The notes beneath the pieces were generated by a model. It made no database searches, had not been told where the DNA came from, and saw only the letters and a list, made by a program, of their open reading frames with translations. Positions 47,680-58,732 of a DNA stretch of 64,000 nt are shown here, one piece after another. The DNA comes from Escherichia coli (GTDB lineage: Bacteria > Pseudomonadota > Gammaproteobacteria > Enterobacterales > Enterobacteriaceae): assembly GCF_044647545.1 (NCBI RefSeq), contig NZ_CP172818.1. One strand, given 5' to 3'. The position numbers were made by a program, and so were the translations under genes. Numbering within the stretch: the stretch's first letter is position 1; each line of letters starts with the position of its first letter.

Positions 47680-49287
47680 TTATTCGATAGAGACATTTTC
47701 GAAGTGATGTTTGCCTAATGGATCAACCACATAGCCTTTAACTTCTTTGCGTACCGGTTCAAACACGGTGGAGTGAGCGATGATCAGTGCCGGAGCCTGA
47801 TCGTGCATCACGACCTGTGCTTGTTTGTACAGTTCAACACGTTTATTGTGGTCGTCGGTAGCACGCGCCGGTTGAATCAGATCTTCAAACGGTTTGTAGC
47901 ACCATTTTGAGTAGTTGGAGCCTTGTTCAGAGGCGGCGCAGCTGAACAGGGTGGCGAAGAAGTTATCCGGATCCCCGTTATCGCCAGTCCAGCCCATCAT
48001 TACCGTCTGATGCTCGCCATCTTTCGCACGCTTGAGGTACTCACCCCATTCGTAGGTGACGATTTTGGCCTGCACGCCCACTTTCGCCCAGTCTGCCTGA
48101 ATCATCTCCGCCATGCGGCGAGCATTCGGGTTATACGGACGTTGTACTGGCATTGCCCACAGGTCGATGGAGAAACCTTTTTCCAGACCCGCTTCTTTCA
48201 GCAAGGCTTTCGCTTTTTCAGGATCGTAAGTGTAGTCCTGAACGTCGTCGTTATAGCCCCACATGGTTGGCGGGATCAGGTTTTTCGCTGATACGCCCGC
48301 GCCCTGATAAACTGCTTTGATGATGGCGTCTTTGTTCACCGCGTAGGTCAGAGCCTGGCGAACTTTCACGTCATCCAGTGGTTTTTTCTGCACGTTATAC
48401 GAGAGATAACCGACATTCAGCCCCGGCATTTCCATCAGGTTGATGGATTTATCCTGCTTCATGCGGGCGATATCTGCCGGGTTCGGGTACGGCATCACCT
48501 GGCATTCGTTCTTCTGCAATTTCGCGTAACGCACGGAAGCGTCAGGAGTAATAGAGAAGACCAGCGTATCGATCTTCGGTTTGGTGCCCCAGTAGCCATC
48601 AAACGCTTTATAGCGAATACGGGAATCTTTCTGGTACTGCTGTAACTGGAACGGGCCGGTACCGATTGGGTTGAGATCCAGTTTTTCCGGTGTACCGGCT
48701 TTCATCATCGCGTCAGCATATTCTTTTGACAGAATAGAGGCGAAGTCCATTGCCAGGTCAGCGAGGAACGGCGCTTCCGGGCGAGTCAGCACAAACTGAA
48801 CGGTGTTATCGTCCACCTTTTTCACTTCGCTGATCAGCTCCGGCAAGCCCATGCCTTCAAAGTATTCGTAGCTGCCGCCAGAAACTTTATGGTACGGGTT
48901 TTGCGCGTTTTTCTGACGATCGAACGAGAACACCACGTCATCGGCGTTCAGTTCGCGCGTCGGTTTGAATTCTTTATTGTCGTGCCACTTCACACCTTTA
49001 CGCAGATGGAAGGTATAGGTTTTACCGTCTTCGCTGACTTCCCACTTTTCAGCGAGGCCCGGGATCACTTCGGTGGTGCCGATTTTAAATTCAACCAGAC
49101 GGTTATAAAGCGGTACGGAAGAGGCGTCATAGGTGGTGCCGGAGGTAAACAGCTGCGGGTTAAACCCTTCCGGAGATCCTTCTGAGCAATAAACCAGAGT
49201 TTTAGCCTGAACACTTGCTGCGACGGTCATAGCCACCAGGCTGAGACCAAGCTTCAGCATCCCTGACTTTTTCAAGGAAATACGCAT
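47680..49287 (-). CDS. dppA: Periplasmic dipeptide-binding protein DppA (535 aa)
   Basis: Signal peptide MRISLKKSGMLKLGLSLVAMTVAASVQA followed by a family-5 solute-binding domain. Confidence 0.95.
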   Translation of the reverse strand: MRISLKKSGMLKLGLSLVAMTVAASVQAKTLVYCSEGSPEGFNPQLFTSGTTYDASSVPLYNRLVEFKIGTTEVIPGLAEKWEVSEDGKTYTFHLRKGVKWHDNKEFKPTRELNADDVVFSFDRQKNAQNPYHKVSGGSYEYFEGMGLPELISEVKKVDDNTVQFVLTRPEAPFLADLAMDFASILSKEYADAMMKAGTPEKLDLNPIGTGPFQLQQYQKDSRIRYKAFDGYWGTKPKIDTLVFSITPDASVRYAKLQKNECQVMPYPNPADIARMKQDKSINLMEMPGLNVGYLSYNVQKKPLDDVKVRQALTYAVNKDAIIKAVYQGAGVSAKNLIPPTMWGYNDDVQDYTYDPEKAKALLKEAGLEKGFSIDLWAMPVQRPYNPNARRMAEMIQADWAKVGVQAKIVTYEWGEYLKRAKDGEHQTVMMGWTGDNGDPDNFFATLFSCAASEQGSNYSKWCYKPFEDLIQPARATDDHNKRVELYKQAQVVMHDQAPALIIAHSTVFEPVRKEVKGYVVDPLGKHHFENVSIE

Positions 49288-49860
49288 TATTCTGCTCCAA
49301 TTGTGATGTTTGTTGTTTTAACCCTTTGCAGTGGGTTGTCGCCGCCTGACCTTTTTTGTTTTTTGCCCGGTCGGGTCAACGTTATGAGGTGGGGATGCCG
49401 TACTAATTAACATCAGTGTAACAGTGCGGATCCTCCAGAAAATGCCCCTCGTGACCTACAATCTGTCAACAGAATGTGAAAACGTCAATACAGCCAACCG
49501 GGATTTACACCAACGGTGAGAATCAACAAACAAAGATTAAAAAAACTTCAAACAGCTATTTGCAGCAGAGAAATTTGTGCTACGCCAACACAACCAGAAC
49601 AATCAGCTTAATATTTAGCAACATTTGGTGATTAAGTTTTATGCATTTAATGAAAAAAATCTGAGGTAAAGGTGGATATCTGAGCGATTAATACCATGAA
49701 CGCTAAAACGCACAGGGGAAAATGCCAGCGCCAGCCATAAGTAACGCAAAAAAAGATTTAAGCAAATATAAAAAAAGACAATGGTTTCTGTCACAAATCC
49801 GTTAATGGATAGTGAGATATGGGGCGCAAATTTGGCAGGGAAATGTGTGGTGTGTAGATC

Positions 49861-49937
49861 GGATAAGGCGGTCGCGCCGCATCCGACAATGGGCCGGTAC
49901 ATTTGCCTGATGCGACGCTGACGCGCCTTATCAGGCC
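49861..49937. repeat. REP/BIME cluster upstream of dppA
   Basis: ggataaggcggtcgcgccgcatccgac and gcctgatgcgacgctgacgcgccttatcaggcc are REP-type palindromic units. Confidence 0.7.
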
Positions 49938-50149
49938 TGCATCGAGTCGAACCTCCTTGTCCCCCGATAAGACCGGTATTTCAATCACCACATGAGACTT
50001 CAGACGCATACAAGCTCTGCATCAATTAGCATGCTAATTTCGCCTTTGCAGTGACAGCTGATATACACGTGCTTCTGGCCAGCCCTGCGGCCTTTAACAG
50101 GTCAGACTGGCAGTGTCCGCACCTCAGGTTCTGGATGACTTTCGCTTTT

Positions 50150-50690
50150 TCTCCAGCTCCAGGCCCTTTTTTTCCAGGAGATGCTCCTGCATGGCTTTCA
50201 GATATTCATTTTTGGGCGGAAAATACGCGGGTCTTTTTTTCTCTCTTTCCGGGTTCTGTTTTCCTCGTTTTTATGGGTGTCATCAAAAAGGGGTTTGCTT
50301 TTCTCCTTCCTGCGCCTTAAAAAGGCCTCATCACCAGATTTTTTGGTTCCTTTTTTCCCATTTTTTAACCGGTTTTGGGTGGGGAAGTTTAAACCGGGGG
50401 GCGCCCGGGGGAGAGACACAATAACCGAGAGGATAAAAAAACACGCAAAGTTTTTTTTTTGGAGAAAAGAGCGCTGGTGTGTGTGTACAATGGTGTGAGA
50501 GGGGGGAGGAGAAAAAAAAAAAATATAGTGTGGGAGGGGGGGGTGTGAAAGAGGTAATATTGTTGTGGTAGAGAAGATATGACGACATGAGGGGAGGTGA
50601 TGTTTTATGGGGGGGTGTTTTTTTTAATATATGTGTGTTATATACTGTGCTTTTAGATGTGAGATAATGTTTGATATATGGGCAGTTCAT
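50150..50690. other. Anomalous low-complexity block (homopolymers T9-T10, A12-13, G8; (TG)n; near C-free stretch) between dppA and proK
   Basis: Directly visible composition anomaly: tttttttttt, aaaaaaaaaaaaa, gggggggg and gtgtgtgtgt runs, open in nearly all six frames with no protein-like ORF. Nature unknown; artefact suspected. Confidence 0.6.
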
Positions 50691-50697
50691 GGCGCGT

Positions 50698-50727
50698 CTT
50701 ATCAGGCCTACGTCGAATCGAACCTCC
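50698..50727. repeat. 30-bp REP-like direct repeat, 27/30 identical to 49927-49956, bracketing the anomalous block
   Basis: cttatcaggcctacgtcgaatcgaacctcc versus cttatcaggcctgcatcgagtcgaacctcc at 49927-49956. Confidence 0.6.
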
Positions 50728-50765
50728 CCGCCCCCGGGGGTTCTCTTCCTCATGAGCTACAGATG

Positions 50766-50797
50766 CAAAAAAGCCTGCTCGTTGAGCAGGCTTTTCG
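50766..50797 (-). terminator. proK rho-independent terminator
   Basis: Hairpin gcctgctc-gttg-agcaggc immediately 3' of the tRNA on the minus strand, followed by a short T-run on that strand. Confidence 0.65.
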
Positions 50798-50801
50798 AAT
50801 T

Positions 50802-50878
<77 letters not shown>

Positions 50879-50969
50879 AATGCGGGGCGCATCTTACTGC
50901 GCAGATACGCCCTCGTCAATCCCTTAATAGCAAAATGCCTTTTGATCGGCGAGAAAGTCAGCAGGCTTC

Positions 50970-52661
50970 TTAGTTAGCCGCTGCCTCTTTTGCCTGCGGG
51001 ATGTGGCACCAGTTGTTGTTTTCGTTAATTCCACCATCCGGTGAAGTATAGCCAAGACACCCCATGATGGTGTCGTACAGCTCTACATGACGGCGTGGCA
51101 CTTTCATGTCGGCTTCTTTTTTCAGCTGCGCAAATGCCTGCGCATTGACCGGATTTTCCAGATATTTATCCGACATCCAGACCATCATCGGCACACGGAA
51201 CTGTTCCGGCGGTGCCAGTTCACGCGGCGTGCCGTGCAGGTGCTCGCGTTCATTAATTGACTCACCGTGGTCAGCTGCATAGAACACAATCGCTTTCTTA
51301 TCGCGAACCTGATCAATCACGCTGGAAATAAAGTGATCCACATAGGTCACCGAGTTGTCGTATGAGTTGATCATCTGCGCTTTGGTACAGCCGCTATCAA
51401 CACCAATACATTCCGGCTTCCACTGCGCAAAGCTGCGCGGGTAACGCTGGGTGTAGTTAAAGTGTGAGCCTTTGGTATGCAGAATGATCAGATGCTTACC
51501 ATCCGGGTTGCGCCCCAGCGACTGCTGCATTTCGTCTACCAGCAACATATCATCTACCGGTTTGCCACGGTTACGTGGCTCCGCACCAATCTGCTCACGA
51601 TAAGCAATGTTGTCCGCCATCGTATTGCTGTAGAACCACATTTCGCTTTGCATAGCGTAGAGATCAGAAGTGAATCCTAACTGCTTCAGCACCGCGAAAA
51701 TATTCTGTTCTTTTAATGTGCGCTGCGGATTATCTTCTGCTCCACCCTGACGTACAAACATGCAACGCAGTGAGAGTTTGGTTGCAGTATCACAGGAGTA
51801 ACCACGGAACGCCGCCAGATTTTTCTCCTGAGCCAGTTTCGGTGTGGTATTGCGTTCATAGCCGAAAATGCCCATATGATCCCAGCGCGTGGTTTCACCA
51901 ATAATGAAAACGACATATGTATCATCAACGTTTTGTGGAGCCTGGTACGTAAACTTCTTCGCAGGGTTAAGGAGAGAATTGTTATCGGAAGATTCATCGA
52001 CCCGCGCCCAGGCATAAAGACCTAATGCCGAAAGCCAGTTTGATGGCAGATAAGAGTTCGCGACGACGCCGCCATAACTCGGCAAATCAACACCTGTCGC
52101 CCTCTCCACTTTCTTCTGCTGGATATCCAGCAAACGAATCGGTGCCCAAACCATAATACCTGCCAGTACGACGACCGCCAGGCTGCGAATACGCTGCCCT
52201 GGGGTTCGCAGTTGTCGGAGCAAGGTGTAACGACAGCGGTTATTCCAGATAAGGATAAGAGGCAACGCGCTTACGGCGATTAACCAGAGAATAAAGTTCA
52301 GACCAACAACTTCTTTTGACAGGTCGATATCGGTGGTCATGACGGATGCGATGATGCCATAACCAATGACTACATTAAGGAAGGTCATGTAATAGCTGGC
52401 ACCTGCGGAAAAGAGCACCACCAGCGATGCCAGAATACGCCAGCTGCGGCGGCCAAACAGCGAAAGAAGACGTAGTAAAAAGAAGGTCACCAGTACGGTG
52501 GCAGCCAGTTCAACAACAGCAGAAATGCCTTTCCAGACGGTAAAATCGTGCGCATAGCTGCCGAAACGGCGGTAAAAAACCGCGCCATTCATAAAAAGGC
52601 CAATATAGATTGCAAGCAAAAAGCTCAGCTTCTGCTGTGTAATCGATTTGATGTATCTCAT
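50970..52661 (-). CDS. eptB: Kdo2-lipid A phosphoethanolamine transferase EptB (563 aa)
   Basis: ORF 50970..52694 trimmed to [23 protein letters not shown] at 52659-52661; N-terminal TM segments plus sulfatase-like domain. Confidence 0.92.
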   Translation of the reverse strand: MRYIKSITQQKLSFLLAIYIGLFMNGAVFYRRFGSYAHDFTVWKGISAVVELAATVLVTFFLLRLLSLFGRRSWRILASLVVLFSAGASYYMTFLNVVIGYGIIASVMTTDIDLSKEVVGLNFILWLIAVSALPLILIWNNRCRYTLLRQLRTPGQRIRSLAVVVLAGIMVWAPIRLLDIQQKKVERATGVDLPSYGGVVANSYLPSNWLSALGLYAWARVDESSDNNSLLNPAKKFTYQAPQNVDDTYVVFIIGETTRWDHMGIFGYERNTTPKLAQEKNLAAFRGYSCDTATKLSLRCMFVRQGGAEDNPQRTLKEQNIFAVLKQLGFTSDLYAMQSEMWFYSNTMADNIAYREQIGAEPRNRGKPVDDMLLVDEMQQSLGRNPDGKHLIILHTKGSHFNYTQRYPRSFAQWKPECIGVDSGCTKAQMINSYDNSVTYVDHFISSVIDQVRDKKAIVFYAADHGESINEREHLHGTPRELAPPEQFRVPMMVWMSDKYLENPVNAQAFAQLKKEADMKVPRRHVELYDTIMGCLGYTSPDGGINENNNWCHIPQAKEAAAN

Positions 52662-52984
52662 GCAAACAAACCCTGGACAAACAGGTGATAACACCCTGCT
52701 TAGCGGCTTTTCAGGCCCGGCAGGGGAAAAGTGCGGAGGTAGTCAGATAAGTAAAATCTACACGCGCGAATAAGTAGACCACAGCAAAGGGAAAAAGTGT
52801 GGGGAAAGAGTGTGCATGAAGCACAAATTTACAAAAATGCAAGTTTGAAAAGAGACTTTAGCGTTACAAAAAGCAGTAAAAAGGGCCAGTTAACTGGCCC
52901 AAATTTTACGCGTCATTGTTTATACATTGCGTTGAAGCGTTTGATTCACACTAAGGCTAAAGCCCAGTAGCTCGCGGCAGATGA

Positions 52985-54193
52985 TTAAAGGGAGCCATGC
53001 GCCTCACGCAACATTTTCTGCTCTGGCTGACGAATCGTCGTAGAGAGCGCCAGTGACAGAATCAGCAGGGCAAAAATGACGTAGAAAGTCACATAGAAGC
53101 CGCCAAACAGTGAGGCGATAATCGACCCACAAATGCTGCCGATACCGAAACCGAGATAAATCACACCGTAGTTTTTCGCCAGGTTATTGAGGCCGAAGAA
53201 CTCACTGACCAGTGACGGGAACACCGTGATAGTGCCGCCAAAGTTAAACGCCACGCAGGCAATCGCTGCAAAGAACGTCACTGCATTCAATGGTGCAAAC
53301 AGCAGGGCCGCCATACCCACCAGCGATATCACCTGACCAATGGTGATAACACGGATACGGGCGATTTTGTCAGACAGAATACCCAGCACCAGACGACCAG
53401 AAAGGTTGGCGATGGAAATAACCGTCACAGCATTGGCTGCGGAAATTGCATCAAGATGCGCCAGACTTTGAGCGATATCTTTCGCTACACCAATCACATA
53501 CAGACCACTCATGCACGCAGTCAGGAACATAACCGCTAACATCCAGTACTGCGGTTTACGCATCGACTCTGCCAGGGTGTAGTCCTTCTCCACCACACCA
53601 TTGCTGGTTTTCACTTCCTGCTTCGGCGCATCTTTCATTAACGTTGCGCCAAAGACAATCATCACCAGTACAATCGCGCCCCAAATAACAAAGGTTTTTT
53701 CCAGACCCACCGTTTCGAGCAGGTGCGTGTCGATAAATTTAAAACCCAGGCTGCCCAGACCATAAGAACCGATAGCAAAAGCAGAGATAAGTCCCTTACG
53801 CTCCGGAAACCACTTCACGCAGTTAGAGAGCGTCAGCAGGTAACCCGCGCCATCCGCCAGACCGACCAGCACACCGGCGCTTAACCACAGCATCATCAGG
53901 TTGTTGGAATGCGCGGTCAGGAAGAAGCCTAATCCCAGCAAAATGCCGGAAGCCATGGTGACGCGTTTAACGCCAAAACGTTCCTGCAATTTGCCCGCAA
54001 CAGAAGATGAAATTGCCAGCCCCAGACTTAACAAGCCGAAAGAGAAAGCAACCTGGCTTACAGGAGCCCCCAGCTTGGCAGAAAGCGCACCGTTAAACAG
54101 ACTCCAGGTATAAACCGACCCCAGAGCAAACTGGGTAATGATAGTACCGATGAGTGTCAGCCAGCGAGTACGCTGATAATTTGAAGGTGTCAT
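52985..54193 (-). CDS. yhjX: MFS transporter YhjX (oxalate/formate antiporter family), 402 aa
   Basis: ORF 52985..54238 trimmed to MTPSNYQRTRWLTLIGTIITQFALGSVYTW at 54191-54193. Confidence 0.9.
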   Translation of the reverse strand: MTPSNYQRTRWLTLIGTIITQFALGSVYTWSLFNGALSAKLGAPVSQVAFSFGLLSLGLAISSSVAGKLQERFGVKRVTMASGILLGLGFFLTAHSNNLMMLWLSAGVLVGLADGAGYLLTLSNCVKWFPERKGLISAFAIGSYGLGSLGFKFIDTHLLETVGLEKTFVIWGAIVLVMIVFGATLMKDAPKQEVKTSNGVVEKDYTLAESMRKPQYWMLAVMFLTACMSGLYVIGVAKDIAQSLAHLDAISAANAVTVISIANLSGRLVLGILSDKIARIRVITIGQVISLVGMAALLFAPLNAVTFFAAIACVAFNFGGTITVFPSLVSEFFGLNNLAKNYGVIYLGFGIGSICGSIIASLFGGFYVTFYVIFALLILSLALSTTIRQPEQKMLREAHGSL

Positions 54194-54421
54194 GGCAGTA
54201 TTCCTGCAGTAATAAAAAGGAAAAATCTCTGCTGACAACCATAACGAAGTGCGCTTTATGCCTGGGGAAAAACGGCATGAAATGCCATCAGAACGGAATG
54301 AAATGCATTAGTTCAGGAATGAATGACTCGACAATTATTCGCCAAATTTATTATTTAGTAAGTTAGTCCCCACTATCGCCACATTAGTTGTTATTTATGG
54401 GTTTCAATTGTATCTATAACG

Positions 54422-55120
54422 TTAAAATCTGGCACTAACCCCCATCGTATACAGATAGTCGCTATTGTTAGTGGTATTTTCTGCCTGAGATAGCGCCGCA
54501 TAGGCAGCAATATTTTGATTGAGCAACATATCAGCGCCTACGGTGACATCCAGCCAGTTGCCGTTCTGGTTTGTCGCCGTCATCCGGCTCAGGCCTGATT
54601 GCGCCTTCCAGATATTCTCGCCAAATTGCTGGTTATAGCTGATTTGCGCCCAGGGTCGGAGATCGCCAAGCCGGGAGTCAACACGCCAGCCTAAAGTACT
54701 CACGCTGGCATGCCATAACGGATCAGTCAGCGTGGTAGTACTGTCGCCAAACTCGTTATACATCGAGGTGGTTGTGCCATCGTAATGTAATGCCGCGACC
54801 GGACCGGTTGTAACCTGTTGATATAAAGGAAAATTCCACCCCATACTCATACTACTGGTGACATCCACAGGGGTTTCTTCCGCCAGATTGACTTCCAGTC
54901 CCAGCGCCCTTTGGCTACTTTGAATACGTTGCGACAAAATATCGTTGTAATCAGGTTGATGATCGCTATCCCAGGTGTAACGCTCTGTGGAATGTCCGGG
55001 TTGCGTATCAACGATATATTCTTGTTGCCAGGCGTAAGCTGTGTTGAGAAAAAAGGCACTGATTACCACGCTCACCAGCAGGCTTAGCTGCCAGCGACCA
55101 CCGCTTTTTTTTATGATCAT
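54422..55120 (-). CDS. yhjY: Autotransporter-beta-domain-like outer-membrane protein YhjY (232 aa)
   Basis: ORF 54422..55126 begins at GTG; trimmed to the ATG at 55118-55120 (MIIKKSGGRWQLSLL). C-terminal ...YTMGVSARF is beta-barrel-like. Confidence 0.8.
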   Translation of the reverse strand: MIIKKSGGRWQLSLLVSVVISAFFLNTAYAWQQEYIVDTQPGHSTERYTWDSDHQPDYNDILSQRIQSSQRALGLEVNLAEETPVDVTSSMSMGWNFPLYQQVTTGPVAALHYDGTTTSMYNEFGDSTTTLTDPLWHASVSTLGWRVDSRLGDLRPWAQISYNQQFGENIWKAQSGLSRMTATNQNGNWLDVTVGADMLLNQNIAAYAALSQAENTTNNSDYLYTMGVSARF

Positions 55121-55277
55121 TAACACGACTCCAGGGAAGAGCCGAATTCGGCAATATTATTGTCATTGTATGAAGGATATCGGGCATAGTAGCCCTGTAT
55201 TAAATATTGACTTTTTCACCGATGCGTCAAGAAAAGCGGCTGAAATTTTTACGATCGGGTACATAGCGAGGGAAAGT

Positions 55278-55841
55278 ATGGAACGTTGCGGCTGGGTGAG
55301 TCAGGACCCGCTTTATATTGCCTACCATGATAATGAATGGGGCGTGCCTGAAACTGACAGTAAAAAACTGTTCGAAATGATCTGCCTTGAAGGGCAGCAG
55401 GCTGGATTATCGTGGATCACCGTCCTCAAAAAACGCGAAAACTATCGCGCCAGCTTTCATCAGTTCGATCCGGTGAAGGTGGCAGCAATGCAGGAAGAGG
55501 ATGTCGAAAGACTGGTACAGGACGCCGGGATTATCCGCCATCGCGGGAAAATTCAGGCAATTATTGGTAATGCGCGGGCGTACCTGCAAATGGAACAGAA
55601 CGGCGAACCGTTTGCCGACTTTGTCTGGTCGTTTGTCAATCATCAACCACAGGTGACACAAGCCACAACGTTGAGCGAAATCCCTACATCTACGCCCGCC
55701 TCCGACGCTCTATCTAAAGCCCTGAAAAAGCGTGGTTTTAAGTTTGTTGGTACCACAATCTGTTACTCCTTTATGCAGGCATGTGGGCTGGTGAATGATC
55801 ATGTGGTTGGCTGCTGTTGCTATCCGGGAAATAAACCATGA
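55278..55841 (+). CDS. tag: 3-methyladenine DNA glycosylase I (187 aa)
   Basis: ORF 55041..55841 trimmed to the ATG at 55278 (MERCGWVSQDPLYIAYHDNEWGVP); Cys-rich C-terminus. Confidence 0.92.
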   Translation: MERCGWVSQDPLYIAYHDNEWGVPETDSKKLFEMICLEGQQAGLSWITVLKKRENYRASFHQFDPVKVAAMQEEDVERLVQDAGIIRHRGKIQAIIGNARAYLQMEQNGEPFADFVWSFVNHQPQVTQATTLSEIPTSTPASDALSKALKKRGFKFVGTTICYSFMQACGLVNDHVVGCCCYPGNKP

Positions 55842-56278
55842 TTCGGGAAGCGCAACGTTCAGAACTCCCCGCGATCCTCGAACTGTGGCTGGAAAGTACA
55901 ACCTGGGGGCATCCCTTTATAAAAGCGAATTACTGGCGTGATTGCATTCCGCTGGTGCGGGATGCCTATCTTGCCAACGCGCAAAACTGGGTCTGGGAAG
56001 AAGACGGTAAGCTTCTCGGTTTTGTCAGCATTATGGAAGGCCGATTTCTGGCTGCAATGTTTGTCGCACCGAAGGCCGTCAGACGCGGTATTGGTAAGGC
56101 GCTAATGCAGTATGTGCAGCAGCGCCATCCCCATCTGATGCTGGAGGTTTATCAAAAAAATCAACCGGCGATAGATTTTTACCAGGCGCAGGGTTTTCAC
56201 ATTGTCGATTGCGCATGGCAGGATGAAACCCAACTACCCACCTGGATTATGAGCTGGCCGGTGGTTCAAACGCTGTAA
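55838..56278 (+). CDS. yiaC: GNAT-family N-acetyltransferase YiaC (146 aa)
   Basis: 146-aa GNAT-like ORF whose ATG overlaps the tag stop (ATGA). Confidence 0.88.
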   Translation: MIREAQRSELPAILELWLESTTWGHPFIKANYWRDCIPLVRDAYLANAQNWVWEEDGKLLGFVSIMEGRFLAAMFVAPKAVRRGIGKALMQYVQQRHPHLMLEVYQKNQPAIDFYQAQGFHIVDCAWQDETQLPTWIMSWPVVQTL

Positions 56279-58580
56279 GTGTCAGTTCCGGACCGTTGTA
56301 TTTTTCCAGCCATGCCAGCGCCGTATTACCCGCACAGCCATTCCCCAGCCGCGAGCTGGGGAGATCTTTGGTCAGAACGTTCACCGCGCCGTTTTTACAA
56401 ATACCGTCAGCGGTTAAATCCAGATCCGGCCATGCCCCTTCATGAATGCAAATCACGCCAGGTTTAATTCCCTCGCTAATGACCGCTCCGGCAAGAATTT
56501 GCCCGCGTGCGTTCCACAGCCGAACAGTATCGCCATCTTGTATGCCGCGCGCCTGAGCATCGTCAGGATGAATGGTGACAGGCTCACGGTTTGCCACCGC
56601 GTACAATTCGCGCAGAGAACTGTAATTCAGCTGGCTGTGCAGACGATGTGCCGGATGAGCAGAAAGTACCTGCAACTGTTCCGGTTCGGCATTGCCCTGC
56701 CATTCGTCCGGCTCCAGCCACATTGGATGCCCCGGGCAATCCGGATAAGCGTAATCAGCAATACGCTGCGAGAAGATTTCAATCTTGCCGCTGGCGGTTT
56801 TTAATGGATGCGCCTGCGGATCGCGGCGAAAATCGGCGAAGCGAATAAACCGCTCGCTGTCCGGGTTTTCCGGCATCTCAATTAACTGGTTGGCTTCCCA
56901 TAACTCAGCAAATGGCGGCAATTCAACCTGCTGGCTTGCCCCGCGCTGCCGGGCAACGTTATAAAACGTTTCCAGCCATTGCAGCTCACTTTTTCCTTCC
57001 GTAAACCGCGCATAGCCGCCCTTCTCCCAACGTTCACTCAACTCGGCAAAGACATCAAAATCATTACGCGCTTCATAACGTGGAGGCACCACTTGCTTCA
57101 TCGGCACCAGATGCTGATTACTGTAATCGCCGGTCATGGTGAGATCATTACGCTCAAACGAAGTGGTCGCAGGCAGAACGATATCCGCGTGTTTCGCCGC
57201 AGCCGTCCAGAAGCATTCAGAGATCACCACCAGCTCCGGTTTTTGCCAGGCACGGATCAGGCGATTGGTATCCTGATGATGAGTAAAGTTGGCACCGCCC
57301 GCCCACCAGATAAAACGAATATCCGGGAAATGTCGGTCCATACCGTTATGTTGATATGCGCCACCAGGGTTTTCCAGTGCTTCAACAATGCGGGCGACAG
57401 GGATTTTATCTACCGCATCGGTGCCACCCGGCAAGCTGCCCTGCATGGAAGAGAGCACCGCAGCGCGGCGCGTGGGGTTACCACCATTGGCAAAATGGTA
57501 AGAAAGACCAAAACCGCCGCCGGGTGTGCCGATTTGCCCCAACATTGCCGCCAGCGTGACGAGCATCCAGTGTTTTTGCTCACCAAACTGTTGGCGCTGC
57601 ATTCCCCAGCCTGCCATCAGCATGGTGGTATTTTGGTGGAAAATAGCCGCCAGCTCGCGGATTTTCGCTGCGCCAACACCACAAATCTCTGCCGCCCATT
57701 CGGCGTTTTTCGCTATACCGTCACTCTCGCCCAGCAAATAAGAGGCGAAGACGGCATAACCTGTGGTGCAACGCGCCAGAAACGCTTCGTCGTGCCAACC
57801 ATTTTCCACCAGCGTATGGGCGATCCCCAGCATCAACGCAACATCGGTGCCCATGTGCGGAGCCACCCATTCCATTTTATCGCCAAAGAAATCGACGGTT
57901 TCCGATCGCATTGGATCAATGCAGATCAGCTTTTTCCCGCTGTCACGCAGTGCGGAAAAGTAAGAAAGCCCCTGCTCATCGGATGCATTCCACGCAATTT
58001 TCAGCGTATTGAGTGGGTTAGCACTCCATAGCACCACGACATCGCTATGTTCCAATACCAACGGCCAACTGGTTTGCTGTTGATAAACTTCGCTGCCCCC
58101 CACGACATACGGCATGATCGCCTGTGCTGCACCGGTCGAATAATCCCCCAGATGCCCGGTATAACCGCCTGCAAGCGCCATATAGCGTTGTAATAATGTC
58201 GAGGCCTTATGCAGCACGCCGTTTGAACGCCAGCCGTAGGAACCAGCAAAAATCGATGCCGGACCATAAGCCTCACGAATACGTTTATGTTGATGGTGAA
58301 TAAGCTCCAGCGCCTCATCCCAACTCACGCGAACAAATTCATCCTGCCCACGAATGCCTTGCGGATTTTCCGGTGACGCAAGAAAGCCTTTGCGCACCAT
58401 TGGAAATCGCACCCGCGTATTGCTGTGAACCTGGTCGCGAACCGCGCTCTGCAAGGAGTTTTCCATTCCTGTGGCTAACGCGCCACGCGAGCTAAACACG
58501 GTTTCGCCGTCGGTTTCAACCAGCATAGGCCCCCAGTGGGCGGCAGTCAGAACGGAATATCGTGAGGATGAGTTGGCCAA
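56247..58580 (-). CDS. bisC: Biotin sulfoxide reductase, molybdopterin oxidoreductase (777 aa)
   Basis: 777-aa DMSO-reductase-family ORF with N-terminus [19 protein letters not shown]; its 3' end overlaps the 3' end of yiaC. Confidence 0.93.
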   Translation of the reverse strand: MANSSSRYSVLTAAHWGPMLVETDGETVFSSRGALATGMENSLQSAVRDQVHSNTRVRFPMVRKGFLASPENPQGIRGQDEFVRVSWDEALELIHHQHKRIREAYGPASIFAGSYGWRSNGVLHKASTLLQRYMALAGGYTGHLGDYSTGAAQAIMPYVVGGSEVYQQQTSWPLVLEHSDVVVLWSANPLNTLKIAWNASDEQGLSYFSALRDSGKKLICIDPMRSETVDFFGDKMEWVAPHMGTDVALMLGIAHTLVENGWHDEAFLARCTTGYAVFASYLLGESDGIAKNAEWAAEICGVGAAKIRELAAIFHQNTTMLMAGWGMQRQQFGEQKHWMLVTLAAMLGQIGTPGGGFGLSYHFANGGNPTRRAAVLSSMQGSLPGGTDAVDKIPVARIVEALENPGGAYQHNGMDRHFPDIRFIWWAGGANFTHHQDTNRLIRAWQKPELVVISECFWTAAAKHADIVLPATTSFERNDLTMTGDYSNQHLVPMKQVVPPRYEARNDFDVFAELSERWEKGGYARFTEGKSELQWLETFYNVARQRGASQQVELPPFAELWEANQLIEMPENPDSERFIRFADFRRDPQAHPLKTASGKIEIFSQRIADYAYPDCPGHPMWLEPDEWQGNAEPEQLQVLSAHPAHRLHSQLNYSSLRELYAVANREPVTIHPDDAQARGIQDGDTVRLWNARGQILAGAVISEGIKPGVICIHEGAWPDLDLTADGICKNGAVNVLTKDLPSSRLGNGCAGNTALAWLEKYNGPELTLTAFEPPASS

Positions 58581-58732
58581 ACCGAAGACTCCTGAAAGGT
58601 TAGATGTATTGAGCAGTTAAATATTACTTACAAATTTCCGAGTATTCCCAGGAATAATCTTCATGCTCACGCGGCATAATCTCCCGCCACGGAACCCGTG
58701 GCAAAGAATAAAAAGGTTATTAAGGATTAACA

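Noticed and set aside
50440-50560. Possible CRISPR array or simple-sequence contingency locus suggested by the repetitive runs
   Set aside because: There are no regularly spaced direct repeats of 24-48 bp with unique spacers and no cas genes in the window, and the homopolymer runs are not positioned at the 5' end or promoter of any gene. Not a CRISPR array; a phase-variation tract is unlikely.
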